The translations under genes were made by a program, and so were the position numbers. A DNA stretch of 64,000 bases from Neocallimastix sp. 'constans' (lineage: Eukaryota), in contig JBODTK010000104.1 in NCBI GenBank assembly GCA_050613775.1, positions 372,001 to 436,000 of the forward strand, read 5' to 3'. The notes beneath the pieces are model-generated. The model saw nothing but the letters and a program-made list of their open reading frames with translations, was not told the origin of the DNA and did no database searches. This document shows, one piece after another, positions 27,727 to 38,479 of the stretch. Position 1 is the first letter of the stretch. Every line of letters begins with the position of its first letter.

Positions 27727-30700
27727 TTAAGAAGGAAGATCAATTACAAAAGGTTGATATTTATGTCTAACATAGTACTCGTTTGCATCATCAGGTGGTT
27801 GACAGAATTCGTTGTTAACATTCGAAGATTTGTTCTTCTTTTCTTTTCTGTAATATTCTTGTATTAATTGTCTATCAAGAATTTGATCTTCATCAATCCA
27901 AGTATTTTCACTAAAATCGCATCCTTTCCATTTAATCAAGTAACGATTCTTATTGTTAAAGGTTTTCATTTTAATTATTCTTTCAGGAGTTCTATCAATT
28001 GTATCCGTATTAAGATTAATATTTCTTCTACGAGTATTTCTTCTGTTTGAAAATTCATTTTCATGATAAGGTTCGAGAAGTGAAACATGAAATACAGGGT
28101 GACAACGCATATTATTAGGAAGTTTAAGTTCGTACGCTAAGTCACTAACTTTTCTTATTATTTCAAAAGGTCCTATTAGTTGATCAGATAATTTTCTATT
28201 TTTCTTTGTTGTATTACCCTTTAAAAGATAAACTTTATTTCCTACTTTAAAATCTGGAGAATCCATTCTTTTCAGATCTGCATATTTCTTATAAGTCTTT
28301 TTTGCTTGCTCTAAGTTTTCTTTTAAAAATTTAATGTTTTCATTAATATTTAATATTCTTTTCTCAGCTCTATGCGGATTCTCATTTGAAGGAATTTCAG
28401 GATTAAATTTCGGATTAAAACCATAATTTGCAAAAAATGGTGATTGATTTATTGACTGTTGTAAAGTATTATTATAGGAAAATTCTGCAAAAGGTAATAA
28501 ATCAAGCCAGTTATTTTGCTTTTCATTGATGAAACAACGAAGATATTGTTCCAATATCGAGTTCACCCTCTCCGTTTGACCATCGGTCTGCGGGTGATAA
28601 GCAGTAGAAAAAGAATGCTTAATATTTAAAAGAGAGCAAAGACGATTCCAAAAATCAGAGGTAAACTGAGAACCACGATCAGAAATAATAGAATCGGGGA
28701 AACCATGAAGTTTAAAAATATTAGCAATGAAAGAATCAGCAGCAATAGAAGCAGTAGGAAGACATCTAAAAGGTATAAAATGAGCCATTTTAGTTAAGCG
28801 ATCCACAACAACCATTATAGTGGTCATATCTTTGGATTTCGGAAGTTCAACAATAAAATCCATAGAGATAGCAGACCAGGCTCTATTTGGTGTAGAAAGT
28901 GGAGAAAGTAAACCATATGGCTTATGTCTTGGGATTTTGGATTTTGAACAAATTTCACAAGATTTAATAAACATTTTAACATCTTTTTGTAATTTAGGCC
29001 ACCAGAAATTACGAGAAATAAGTTCAATAGTTTTATTAATTCCAAAATGACCAGCAGAAATAGAGTCATGATGGAGTTCTAAAACTCTTATTCTAATTTT
29101 ATTGGGAACATAAATTAAATTTTCAAAAAGTAAATAACCATTTTTGTCAAGAGAAAATTTATCGATTTTACTAAAAGGGGGATCTTTTGATTTATCATTT
29201 TTAAGAAATTCAGTTATTTTGCAATAGAATTCATCATTAGCTAGAGAATCATGAATAGAGGAGATTAAAGAATCATTCTTAAAACTACATGAATTAATAA
29301 CGCATGAAATAGGACGAACACTAGCAAATAAATGATCACTACGTCTTGATAAAATATCTGGTTTACCTGACTTTTTACCAGCTCTGTAAATTAGTTTAAA
29401 ATCAAATCTAGATAAGAATTCATACCAACGAATTTGGCGTTGGGAAAGAAGTTCAGGTTTTCGAGGGAAAGTTAAATTCTTATGATCAGTATAAATAATA
29501 AACTGATGGCGAGCTCCTTCTAAGTAATGTCTCCATCCTTCCAATGCAACTTTAATAGCAAGAAGTTCTTTGTCATAGATAGGGTAATTTCTTTGGGATT
29601 TAGTTAAGCTAGTAGAAATAAAAGCAATTGGATGCAAATGCCCATCAAATTCCTGAGAAAGAATTGCACCAACAGCAAAATTACTAGCATCAGTTTCAAC
29701 AATGAATTGTTTGTTGCTATCAGGATGTTTCAAAATAGGAGCAGTAGTAAATAATTCTTTTAAAGTATCAAACGCTTTTTGTTGTTCAGAACTCCAATTA
29801 AAAGGAACATTTTTTCTAGTTAATTTGTGGAGAGGATTTGCAATTTTCGCAAAGTCTTTAATAAAAATTCTGTAATAATTACAAAGTCCAATAAACGATT
29901 GAATTTCTTTAACGTTTGTTGGAACAGGCCAATCTAAAATTGCTTTAACTTTTTCTTTATCCATTTTAATTCCATCTCTTGATAAAACATAACCAAGAAA
30001 GGTAGTTTCAGTTACATCAAATTCACACTTTTCTAATTTAACAACTAAATGATTCTCTAACAATTTTCTTAAAACTTTCTTAACATGTACATGATGTTCT
30101 TCTAAAGTATTAGAATAAATTAAAATGTCATCAATGTAAGAGATTACAAAATCATCTAAGTAATCACTGAGAACATCATTTATAAAATGTTGGAATGTAG
30201 CAGGGGCATTCTTAAGCCCAAAAGGCATAACGAGATATTCAAAGTGCCCGTATCTTGTACGAAAGGCAGTTTTGTACTCGTCACCTTCTTTAATTCTTAC
30301 TAAGTTATAAGCAGATTTTAAATCTAACTTAGTAAAATATTTAGCACCTTTAACTCTATCCAACAATTCACTAATTAAAGGAAGTGGATAAGAGTTACGG
30401 ATGGTCATTTCGTTCAATTTTCTATAATCAATAACTAGTCTATAAGTACCATCCTTTTTTCTAACAAATAAAATAGGTGCACCAGCAGGAGAAGAAGATT
30501 TCCTAATAAAACCCTTTTTTAAATTCTCTTCTAAATATTTCTTTAATTCTTCTCTCTCCGTTTCAGTTAAAGGGTACAACGGACCATAAAATAGACTACA
30601 ATTATCTTTTAATTTAATTTCACAATTATAATTACGATGCGGAGGTAACACATTACAATTATTTTCATTAAACACTTCTTTAAACATCAAATAGATTTCA

Positions 30701-32547
30701 GGTACTTCGACCTTTTCACCATCTTTATTTAAATTATTATCTTCATCATTACATTTTTCAATTACATTTAATTTCTTACATTTACTAGATTCACAAATTT
30801 TCTTTAAAATCCTTAAACTATTAGTACTAATTTTACTATCACAATTCATAACAATAATATCATCACTATCGCTAAAGTTATCACTATCACTAATGCTATC
30901 ACTAAAATTATCTAACATAAAAGTATCATTAATATCACTATCACTATCATAATTATTAAATTCAGAGCAAGTTCTAATACGAGTTAGGCGGCCACGAATA
31001 GAAATTTCTTCTTCTGAGTCAGAGTCGGAATCAGAGTCAAAGAGAGGTTTTCTTTTTCTTGATTCTTCAATAATAACTTTGTTTTCTTCTAGGTTGGTAG
31101 CAGGTTCTTTTCCTTTGTTCCTTTTCTTGTTCTTGTTTTTCCTTTTTCTTTTACCATTGTTACAATGTCTTGCACAGAAACCGGATCCGAAAGAAATCTT
31201 CTTTGCGTCATGGTAGTTGTAGGGGGAGTGCTTATTGATCCATGGTAAACCCAAGATAATATCAACATCAGGAATCCTGAGAACATAGAGTTGAATCGTT
31301 TCCAAGTGGTTCCTTAAACGAAGAACGCATTTCTCAGTTTCCTTTTTTACTGATGAAACACCATATCCAAGACCAGTAACACGGAAAGGTTCTTCGATTT
31401 CTTTTGTTTTAATTCCAAAGGCTTTAGCGAATTCAGGATGGATAAAATTAAGATCAGAACCAGAATCGATCAGAACTCTTGCTTTTACTTCTTCTGTATC
31501 GTTTGTTTTAATATAGAAATCAATGATATTACTTTTCTTTGTCAAAAGTGAGTTTTGTTCTTCCACGATTTTTCTAACTTTGACAATATCTTCTTGGCTG
31601 TTGATTCTTCTAATTCTTCTTAAACTACTTGAGGGTGTGGTAGCGGTGTTTTCTTGTTTACTGATAATCTTGACTCCGGCAGGTTTCTTCTTATTTGGAC
31701 AGTTAAAATAGCGATGACCTGGTTTTTTACAATAATAGCACAATCCTTTCCTTCTTTCTTCATCTCTTGAATTCGAGTTTTCTTGATATAATTTCTGGTT
31801 AGAAGGGAAGTAACTTGTATTCGTTTGTCCTCTCTTAATTCTGTATAAATCTATTTCCATTGGGTCACTAGTAGACGCATGATTATTATTATTTATTTCC
31901 TTACGATGGTAATAATTATGATAGAAAAATTCATTTATTTCATGTCTCTTAGTTAAGCTTTCGATACTAAGGACATCAGTGAAAAGTCTTCTTAAGTTGT
32001 TGGGATTTGGATTTACCACTGCAAGGTGCTCCCTCATCTTGTAGTGAAGTCCTTTTACAAACATATAAATCTTAGCAGAATCGTTAAAATCTGAATGTCT
32101 GCTGATTTTATTAAATTCATTTATATACTCACTAACATGACCAAATTTATATTGTCGGATGCTGCATAATTTACCGTTTGCGACAACTGTGCTCATGTCC
32201 TGCTCTCCAAATTGATTTCTTAATTCTTGAATAAAATCTTCATAAACATTGAGCAGGGGATCATTATTTCTTCGCAAGTTTGAGGCCCATATCAAGGGAT
32301 CACCGACAAGATAAGAAATTATAAATCTGACCTTTGTATGGTCGTTATTGAAACCTTGTGGATTGGCTTCCATAGCTATTTCAGCTCTTGTAAGGAAGCC
32401 ATCAAAGTCCTTCTTGATTCCAGAAAATAGCGGTGGTTCGTTAACAATCTTTTGATTGTTACGGGGCAGAACTTGATGATTCTCTTGATTCATTTCTTGC
32501 AGGTTAAGGTCTTCGAATCTTCTTATTAGGTTGTTAAATCCCTCCAA
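27727..32547 (-). CDS. Chromovirus Gag-Pol polyprotein (Gag, zinc knuckle, PR, RT, RNase H, INT, chromodomain)
   Basis: CYYCKKPGHRYFNC, LIDSGS, YIDD, ETDAS, HHCC, SMDFIVELP, SDRG, GQTER, GPF, and chromodomain RYLIKWKG...NTW. Uninterrupted. The true start may be the ATG of codon 20. Confidence 0.97.
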   Translation of the reverse strand: MEGFNNLIRRFEDLNLQEMNQENHQVLPRNNQKIVNEPPLFSGIKKDFDGFLTRAEIAMEANPQGFNNDHTKVRFIISYLVGDPLIWASNLRRNNDPLLNVYEDFIQELRNQFGEQDMSTVVANGKLCSIRQYKFGHVSEYINEFNKISRHSDFNDSAKIYMFVKGLHYKMREHLAVVNPNPNNLRRLFTDVLSIESLTKRHEINEFFYHNYYHRKEINNNNHASTSDPMEIDLYRIKRGQTNTSYFPSNQKLYQENSNSRDEERRKGLCYYCKKPGHRYFNCPNKKKPAGVKIISKQENTATTPSSSLRRIRRINSQEDIVKVRKIVEEQNSLLTKKSNIIDFYIKTNDTEEVKARVLIDSGSDLNFIHPEFAKAFGIKTKEIEEPFRVTGLGYGVSSVKKETEKCVLRLRNHLETIQLYVLRIPDVDIILGLPWINKHSPYNYHDAKKISFGSGFCARHCNNGKRKRKNKNKKRNKGKEPATNLEENKVIIEESRKRKPLFDSDSDSDSEEEISIRGRLTRIRTCSEFNNYDSDSDINDTFMLDNFSDSISDSDNFSDSDDIIVMNCDSKISTNSLRILKKICESSKCKKLNVIEKCNDEDNNLNKDGEKVEVPEIYLMFKEVFNENNCNVLPPHRNYNCEIKLKDNCSLFYGPLYPLTETEREELKKYLEENLKKGFIRKSSSPAGAPILFVRKKDGTYRLVIDYRKLNEMTIRNSYPLPLISELLDRVKGAKYFTKLDLKSAYNLVRIKEGDEYKTAFRTRYGHFEYLVMPFGLKNAPATFQHFINDVLSDYLDDFVISYIDDILIYSNTLEEHHVHVKKVLRKLLENHLVVKLEKCEFDVTETTFLGYVLSRDGIKMDKEKVKAILDWPVPTNVKEIQSFIGLCNYYRIFIKDFAKIANPLHKLTRKNVPFNWSSEQQKAFDTLKELFTTAPILKHPDSNKQFIVETDASNFAVGAILSQEFDGHLHPIAFISTSLTKSQRNYPIYDKELLAIKVALEGWRHYLEGARHQFIIYTDHKNLTFPRKPELLSQRQIRWYEFLSRFDFKLIYRAGKKSGKPDILSRRSDHLFASVRPISCVINSCSFKNDSLISSIHDSLANDEFYCKITEFLKNDKSKDPPFSKIDKFSLDKNGYLLFENLIYVPNKIRIRVLELHHDSISAGHFGINKTIELISRNFWWPKLQKDVKMFIKSCEICSKSKIPRHKPYGLLSPLSTPNRAWSAISMDFIVELPKSKDMTTIMVVVDRLTKMAHFIPFRCLPTASIAADSFIANIFKLHGFPDSIISDRGSQFTSDFWNRLCSLLNIKHSFSTAYHPQTDGQTERVNSILEQYLRCFINEKQNNWLDLLPFAEFSYNNTLQQSINQSPFFANYGFNPKFNPEIPSNENPHRAEKRILNINENIKFLKENLEQAKKTYKKYADLKRMDSPDFKVGNKVYLLKGNTTKKNRKLSDQLIGPFEIIRKVSDLAYELKLPNNMRCHPVFHVSLLEPYHENEFSNRRNTRRRNINLNTDTIDRTPERIIKMKTFNNKNRYLIKWKGCDFSENTWIDEDQILDRQLIQEYYRKEKKNKSSNVNNEFCQPPDDANEYYVRHKYQPFVIDLPS

Positions 32548-32914
32548 TTTGATTATTTTAAATTGACTTAAATTTTTGCAATTTCTTTAACAAAAATATC
32601 AAACAAATAAATATTTCAAACTATAACGTTTTTTCATCTAGTCGATCTAGCTCTATCCTTTGAAGCGGTGATGTCGAGTAAACGTAACGTTATAAATTAA
32701 AATATTAAAGGTTTATGGTTTTTCGAATCTTGTTCTAAGACGTGTAATTGTAATTTCGGTAGCAATATTATAGAGCTGGTGGCAATATTCTGAAACTGGT
32801 AGCAATAATCTAAAACTGGTAAAAAAATATTTTGAATCAAGCCACACACAAGCCACTGTTAACGTATCACGTGTTATAATCTTGACTTATAACGTATTTT
32901 ATTGAGAGAAAAAG

Positions 32915-32925
32915 GTAATTGTTAT
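32915..32925 (-). promoter_or_regulatory. Self-priming PBS (ATAACAATTAC) of the chromovirus
   Basis: Directly abuts the 5' LTR and has no TGG. Exact complement of GTAATTGTTAT in the LTR sense strand (33088-33078), about 31 nt downstream of TATAAATA. Confidence 0.8.
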
Positions 32926-34364
32926 TATAAAGTTTTGATTTAAAAAATAGATTATAAGTCAAAAATTATAATAACACTAAATAACACAAAAATGTTTTAT
33001 AAACAAATAAGTTTTATTATATTTAGATTTTAAAATAATCTTTATTAATTATTAGTGTTATTAACAATAAATCGTTAATAACAATTACATCGATTAAGAT
33101 ACATGAAATTTGGTTAACTATTTATATTTTTATCTTATTACATTTAGAATATATAATTCCTATTGAATTATATTATCTAACTATTTATTTAAAAACAATA
33201 CTAACCTAAACTAATAATAAATAATTAACTATTACTAAATAAAGAGAATTATAATTAATAACTAAAATAAATATAAACAATTTCAATCGAGCTCATTTAT
33301 TATTTATTTATTATTTAAATATTATTAATAAATTCTTATTATATTTTCTATTTAAAATTAATATAAAAGTTGTCATAATTATTTAATATGATTTTAGCAT
33401 AAAATGCCGCAAGTTTCAACATGACTAATTGCATAGTTTCATGTTGTTAATTTATCTTGTAAAAAACCTTAACTCTTATTATTTAAATTAAATTACATAA
33501 AAAGAAATGGTTTTCAATTACTAGTTTCACAAGAGAAATTTTTAATTTATTAATATGATTGGGAAGAAGTCGAAGTTTTGTTTAAAATTATTTGCAATAA
33601 TTTTATACACGTGATTTTTAATAGATTTATTTCAATTTTACTTAAATTTATGATTAAATTTAATTAAAATTTATAAAGATATTAATAATATCTTTACAAA
33701 GATTTTTGTTAATGTCATTGGAGTAAAATACTTTTTCTAGTGTAATTTTGTGACTGTTGATTATGCCATTAAATCTTCCAAATCCTTCAAATGTGCATGT
33801 AGATTTATTTGCACACTTCATAGTAATATTTGTTTTGGTAAAATTTTCCAGAATTGAAATATCATTCGTAATATGTTCACTGGATCCTGTATCGTAAGTC
33901 CAAAGTATGGTTCTAGTAGTATCGTGACCAATAATATCACGTGAATTGAAAATGTAATTGTCTGATGAAACTTTTGTATTTTGAGTTAGAGAAACAGTAT
34001 TTTCGTTTAAATCTTCTGGTTTATTCATCACGTGATTTTCATATAATATAGAATTATTTAAGATCATGTGATTTCTTTGTTCATTATATTTAGTATCATT
34101 ATATTCAATACTATCAATGAATTTATCATGCATTGTATTGATTTCTTCATAGCATGGAGTAAATTTCCTTTCATCTAAACATTCAATATTATTTATAGTA
34201 TTATTATTTCTTCTTTTACGGTTGTTATTTTTATTTCTTCTTTTGTTGTTGTTATTGCGGCTTCCTTTATTGTAATTGTTGTTTTTATTGTTAATAATTT
34301 TAACTCTTGAGTTATTTTTGTTTGTTCCACATGGATTAAAATAGCAGTTTTTTGTAAAATGACC

Positions 34365-35138
34365 TTAGTTACCACAAATTATACAAAATTTTGTTTGTTT
34401 ATCATAATTACGTACATTAGAAACGTATTTAATACTGTGGCTTTCAATATTATCAATGTCCATTTTGTCTTCGTATACATTGTTCGGTGTTTGTCCTAAG
34501 TTATCCTTTGATTTTTGAATGTTGATTCTTGAAATATAATTACTTTTTCTTTCTCGGCGGTAGGATAACATAGTGTATTTGTCCTTGATTTCGGTGTAAA
34601 AAGTTCCTACTTCCATAGAAGAATTGAATGTGACCTTGTCTTGTAGCTCCTTAGGAAGTGCATCATACATAATTGATATTTTTTCCATTTTTGGAAGGTC
34701 CATAGAAGATGTTTTGAGAAGCCTAAATAGTTCACAGATTTCATTGATTACTTCCATAGTTTCATGGAAGGATTTTGCGCGGATCGTATATAGTTGTTTA
34801 ATCCACATACTACAAAGGGCTGAATTGTCTATATAATATAGTGTTTTTAGTTTCTGCATTTTAGCGTACGCATTTGGAGAGTCTTTAATGAAGAATTTTA
34901 TTCGGTCAATCACATTTGCCGTAATATTTGAACATACTTGAGCATCTTCAGCAATACAGTCGTCATAAAACTTCCTTTCATTGGCAGTTGATGTTTTCCA
35001 AATCTTCAACGTGGCTAAGTAATTGGAAGTTACATATTTCATTAATTTCTTTGCTTTAAAGTGGTCATAAATGGCAGCATACCAAATTGGATAATTTTCA
35101 CCTCCGGTGAGCTTATCGATAGAGAAGTTAGTAGCCAT
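34365..35138 (-). CDS. gag: copia-3 Gag
   Basis: MATNFSIDKLTGGENYPIW is a copia-type Gag N-terminus. It starts a few nt after the PBS and ends at a frameshifted zinc knuckle (FCIICGN). Confidence 0.8.
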   Translation of the reverse strand: MATNFSIDKLTGGENYPIWYAAIYDHFKAKKLMKYVTSNYLATLKIWKTSTANERKFYDDCIAEDAQVCSNITANVIDRIKFFIKDSPNAYAKMQKLKTLYYIDNSALCSMWIKQLYTIRAKSFHETMEVINEICELFRLLKTSSMDLPKMEKISIMYDALPKELQDKVTFNSSMEVGTFYTEIKDKYTMLSYRRERKSNYISRINIQKSKDNLGQTPNNVYEDKMDIDNIESHSIKYVSNVRNYDKQTKFCIICGN

Positions 35139-35376
35139 TTTGAAATGAGACTCTTAATCTGTTATTTATTAAAGATTTTTATTAATAAGTTTTATTTATA
35201 TAAAATATAAATAAGTAATTACAAAGATTTAACGTAGTAAAATTTACATGTATTTATACTAAAATGTGGCTTGTTCTAGAATATTTTTAATTAATTACAT
35301 TATATTAAATATATATTAAATTTATATTATCATTAATCTAGAATTGTTTTAATATATAAATTCACATATTGTAACA

Positions 35377-35790
35377 AATATTGTTAATAGTTTTTAGTTT
35401 AATTTTAAATTAGTTAAAATATTTAAATAGTTAAAATATTTAAATAGTTATAATATAAAATAGTTATAATAAAAAATAGTTAATTAAAAAATTATACTAT
35501 AATTAGTTTTAGTTTATATATTGTATTATTTTATAAAATTAATTATTATTAATATTTAAATTGAATATATGTAAATTAAATTAATTTAATATATTAGAAT
35601 ATAATTAAGAAAAAATATAAATATTGTAAATTTTCTTTAATTGAAAGAACGTAATTGTTATTAACGATTTTATAGTTCATAACATAATAAGAACTATTTA
35701 ATAAAAAATATTTCATAAAACGATTATTTTTAAAAGAATTTATTTTGAGTGTTTTGTATTATTATAATCTGTTTTGATATAATCTTTATA
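35377..35790 (+). repeat. Right part of the chromovirus-related LTR
   Basis: TATAAATA at 35616, then GTAATTGTTATTAACGATTT at 35651 (20/20 identical to the chromovirus LTR sense strand). Ends CTTTATA as that LTR does. Confidence 0.75.
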
Positions 35791-35792
35791 CT

Positions 35793-36912
35793 TTGGATCT
35801 TGTATGTAATATTTATGAATCCAACCATAAATTTAATACTACTATGGTAGATGGACAAAATATATATACCGATGGAAATTACAATTTATCCTCTAGTACA
35901 TCAAAAAATAAACGAGATTCCAATAATAGCAACAAAATGGCTTGTCTTCAACGGAAAATGATAATTAATGATGAAGGTAAACAAGAAGATCTAATAAAGT
36001 GTAAAGTGTTCTTATGGAACAGATTACAATTACACCAAAAAAACAAAAATACTATCAATAATACAAATAATAAAATTTGTTTTATTAAAAAATTCTTTTA
36101 TTAATCTCTTTATTAAAAAATTCTTTTTTATTAATTATTAACTGCAAAATAGTTAATAACTAAATTTTTTTTAATAAAATAATTTTACATGTATTTATAT
36201 TTTTTATATTATAATATACTATTTCTATTTATTTAAACTTATATTCAATATATAATAAACAAAAACTAATCTAAAATTAAATAAAGTTATAAAAAGCTAA
36301 AACTAATTCAATAAGCTTTCTATTCAATTTGCTTTGACTCAAATTGAATAAGTTCTTATTTATTATTTATTTATTATTCTTTTAATATTAATACTATAAA
36401 TTATATATTACTATTTATTTTTTATGATTGTTAAACTAAACTAAAATTATTACCATATTTTATTACTAAATTTTAAGTTATTTAGAAATTAATCTTATAT
36501 TTTTAAATTTATATAAAAAAATATAAATTTATTATTAATTTTCACAAATCAATTAATTTCATAAATTAATATATTTTACATAATTTAATGCATTAGCATT
36601 ATTTTGTAAACGTGAATTACATTAAATAATTTAATGTACAAAATAAATTAATTAATGTACTAAAGATATTGATCATATCTTTACATTAAGACGAATTATA
36701 AATGTATTGAAAATAAATTGAATCAATAGCGTATAAAGCCAATTGATAATAATGGATTTTATAACATTATGTCATGGTAAATGTTTAAATTATTCGGATG
36801 ACAAAAAATTCATGGACTATTGTAGAAACGATAATAAGAATCAAGCATTTTCAATAAAAAATGGAAAGATCTGCTCAAGAACAAATAAATGCTTGAGGGT
36901 AATTACAAAATT
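35793..36912 (+). pseudogene. PI-PLC gene 3' part: end of the PLC-X domain plus ricin-B-like lectin domain, split by a solo LTR
   Basis: IIFDFPNL|DLVCNIYESN joins across the nest. It continues ACLQ...DLIK|TNYKCIENKLNQ*(W?), GKCLNYS and NQAFSIKNGKICSRTNKCL. Confidence 0.7.
36000..36685 (-). mobile_element. Solo LTR, chromovirus-related family
   Basis: Termini TGTAAAG...CTTTACA. Flanks TAAAG/TTAAG match at 4 of 5 positions. Shares about 230 bp with 17196-17427. Confidence 0.75.
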
Positions 36913-36949
36913 AATCCAGTAATTTTACAATCTGTAATAATTAATTTGA

Positions 36950-37659
36950 ATAGCTGAAATTAACGATTCTACGTGTGATTTGAGAGTCATTGGTTTGAGG
37001 GATTTGAGGTCTAACTCTTCTTGGTGACATCTATAATGTGTTAGGTAGTAGTTGATTTGTTGTAATAAGTATTATATTTAATTATATTTATTGTTATCTT
37101 AAAATTTGGTTAGTGAGTTATAGAAAAAATAGTACTAGGATATGGTATTTACAATATATATAGTGTATAATCGGTTTTAAGAATATATATTATTATTATA
37201 GGATATTTATTCGATGCCAATGGATGAGTGATTTTTTTTTTTGTGTATGTGTGTCTGATTGGATACTTCGTTCGATTTATTGTTGATAAATGACTCAATG
37301 AAAGTATTATTTTTTAATTTTGATTAGTTGAGCATTATTATTTGTATTTTATTTTACTCTATTCAATTACTTCCAATTGTGATTGGTTTTTATTTTACTC
37401 GATTATATTAATTTTTTTTTTTTTTTTAATTTATTTTATTTCATTCAATAATTTTTAATTATATGTGTTTGTTTTAATCAATTATTCTCAACCTTTATTG
37501 ATTGACCATTATCATTTTTTATTTTACCCAATTATTTTAAGTTTTTAATTTAATTTAATTTATTCAATACCCTATTATTTTCAACTGGTTTATTCAGTTG
37601 ACTATTATTTGTTCATTAATAATTGTTTTCAACCAATTATTGGTTGACAATTATTGGAA

Positions 37660-37691
<32 letters not shown>

Positions 37692-37999
37692 TTTTTTTTG
37701 GTCTATTCATCTATTACATTTGATCTGTGAAATTGTTGACTATAACTGTTAATTTTTTTTATAGTTTTTACATTATTTATGATTTGAGTTTTGTTTTATT
37801 AACTTCGTCTAATTATTTTAATATTCGTATTTTATGTTTTGTATTATATTTAAATAGCATTACTTATTCATTGATGTTAAATCAAATAAAAAGAAAAAAA
37901 AAAGATATATATATGTATTTATTGGTTATATGTTTCTATTTATTGTTTATATCTTAACTTTTGGTATGTCGCTCCACTATAGAGTTGAGACTCTTAACC
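36950..37999 (-). mobile_element. Possible relic leader of another copia (PBS variant GGTTAAGAGTCTCA)
   Basis: 13/14 match to the shared PBS at 37986-37999. No LTR or gag could be confirmed. Confidence 0.3.
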
Positions 38000-38479
38000 C
38001 TTTTAATTATAATTATTTATTTGTATTATTTTTATTACATGGAAAATTTTTCTTTCTTTTTTTTTTTAAAAATTCCTTTTATATTTATACATTGAATTTA
38101 TAATATATTATATTCTGGATATATAATTGGATAAAATATAAGATTGATAATTTTGATTGAGTAATATTTTGGGAATATTATTGGACAATATAAATTAAAA
38201 ATTTAAATTTTTAATTTATTACCAACAAAATATTAATGGTACCAAACTCAATATAAGATATATAAAAATTAGTTTTAATTCATTAAAATAATTAGAATGT
38301 GGTTCATTTCGCCAATTTTTAAAATACAAATTTTCAATACGCCATTTATTTTTAATGGCTTGTAAAATTTTTTGTTAACGCCATAAAAAATTATAATACA
38401 ATTAATTTTAAAATAAATAAATGTATAAATTAATAAATAAATAGATAAATAAATAAAGAATATAATAATAAAAATATAT

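Larger units (their letters stand above)
26917..33698 (-). mobile_element. Intact, very young Ty3/gypsy chromovirus (Tf1/sushi-like)
   Basis: 773-bp LTRs at 26917-27689 and 32926-33698, with one substitution seen by eye (27501 vs 33510). 5-bp TSD AAGAT, PPT at 27690-27702, single 1606-aa ORF. Confidence 0.97.
26579..35376 (-). mobile_element. Truncated Ty1/copia (copia-3): 5' LTR, gag, protease and pre-integrase, interrupted by the chromovirus
   Basis: LTR 35160-35376 (TGTTA...TAACA), PBS 35145-35159, Gag 34365-35138, protease WTYDTGSSEH, WHQRLGH...CLEC. The frame NKNL|IGGVKL is restored on removing 26917-33698 plus one TSD copy. Confidence 0.9.

Noticed and set aside
32758..32830. Three to four degenerate 20-bp repeats in the chromovirus leader
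   Set aside because: Real, but short leader repeats are common and there is no evidence of a specific function.
35145..35159. tRNA-Lys gene
   Set aside because: Only the 15-nt anticodon-arm match is present, with no cloverleaf. It is the copia-3 PBS.
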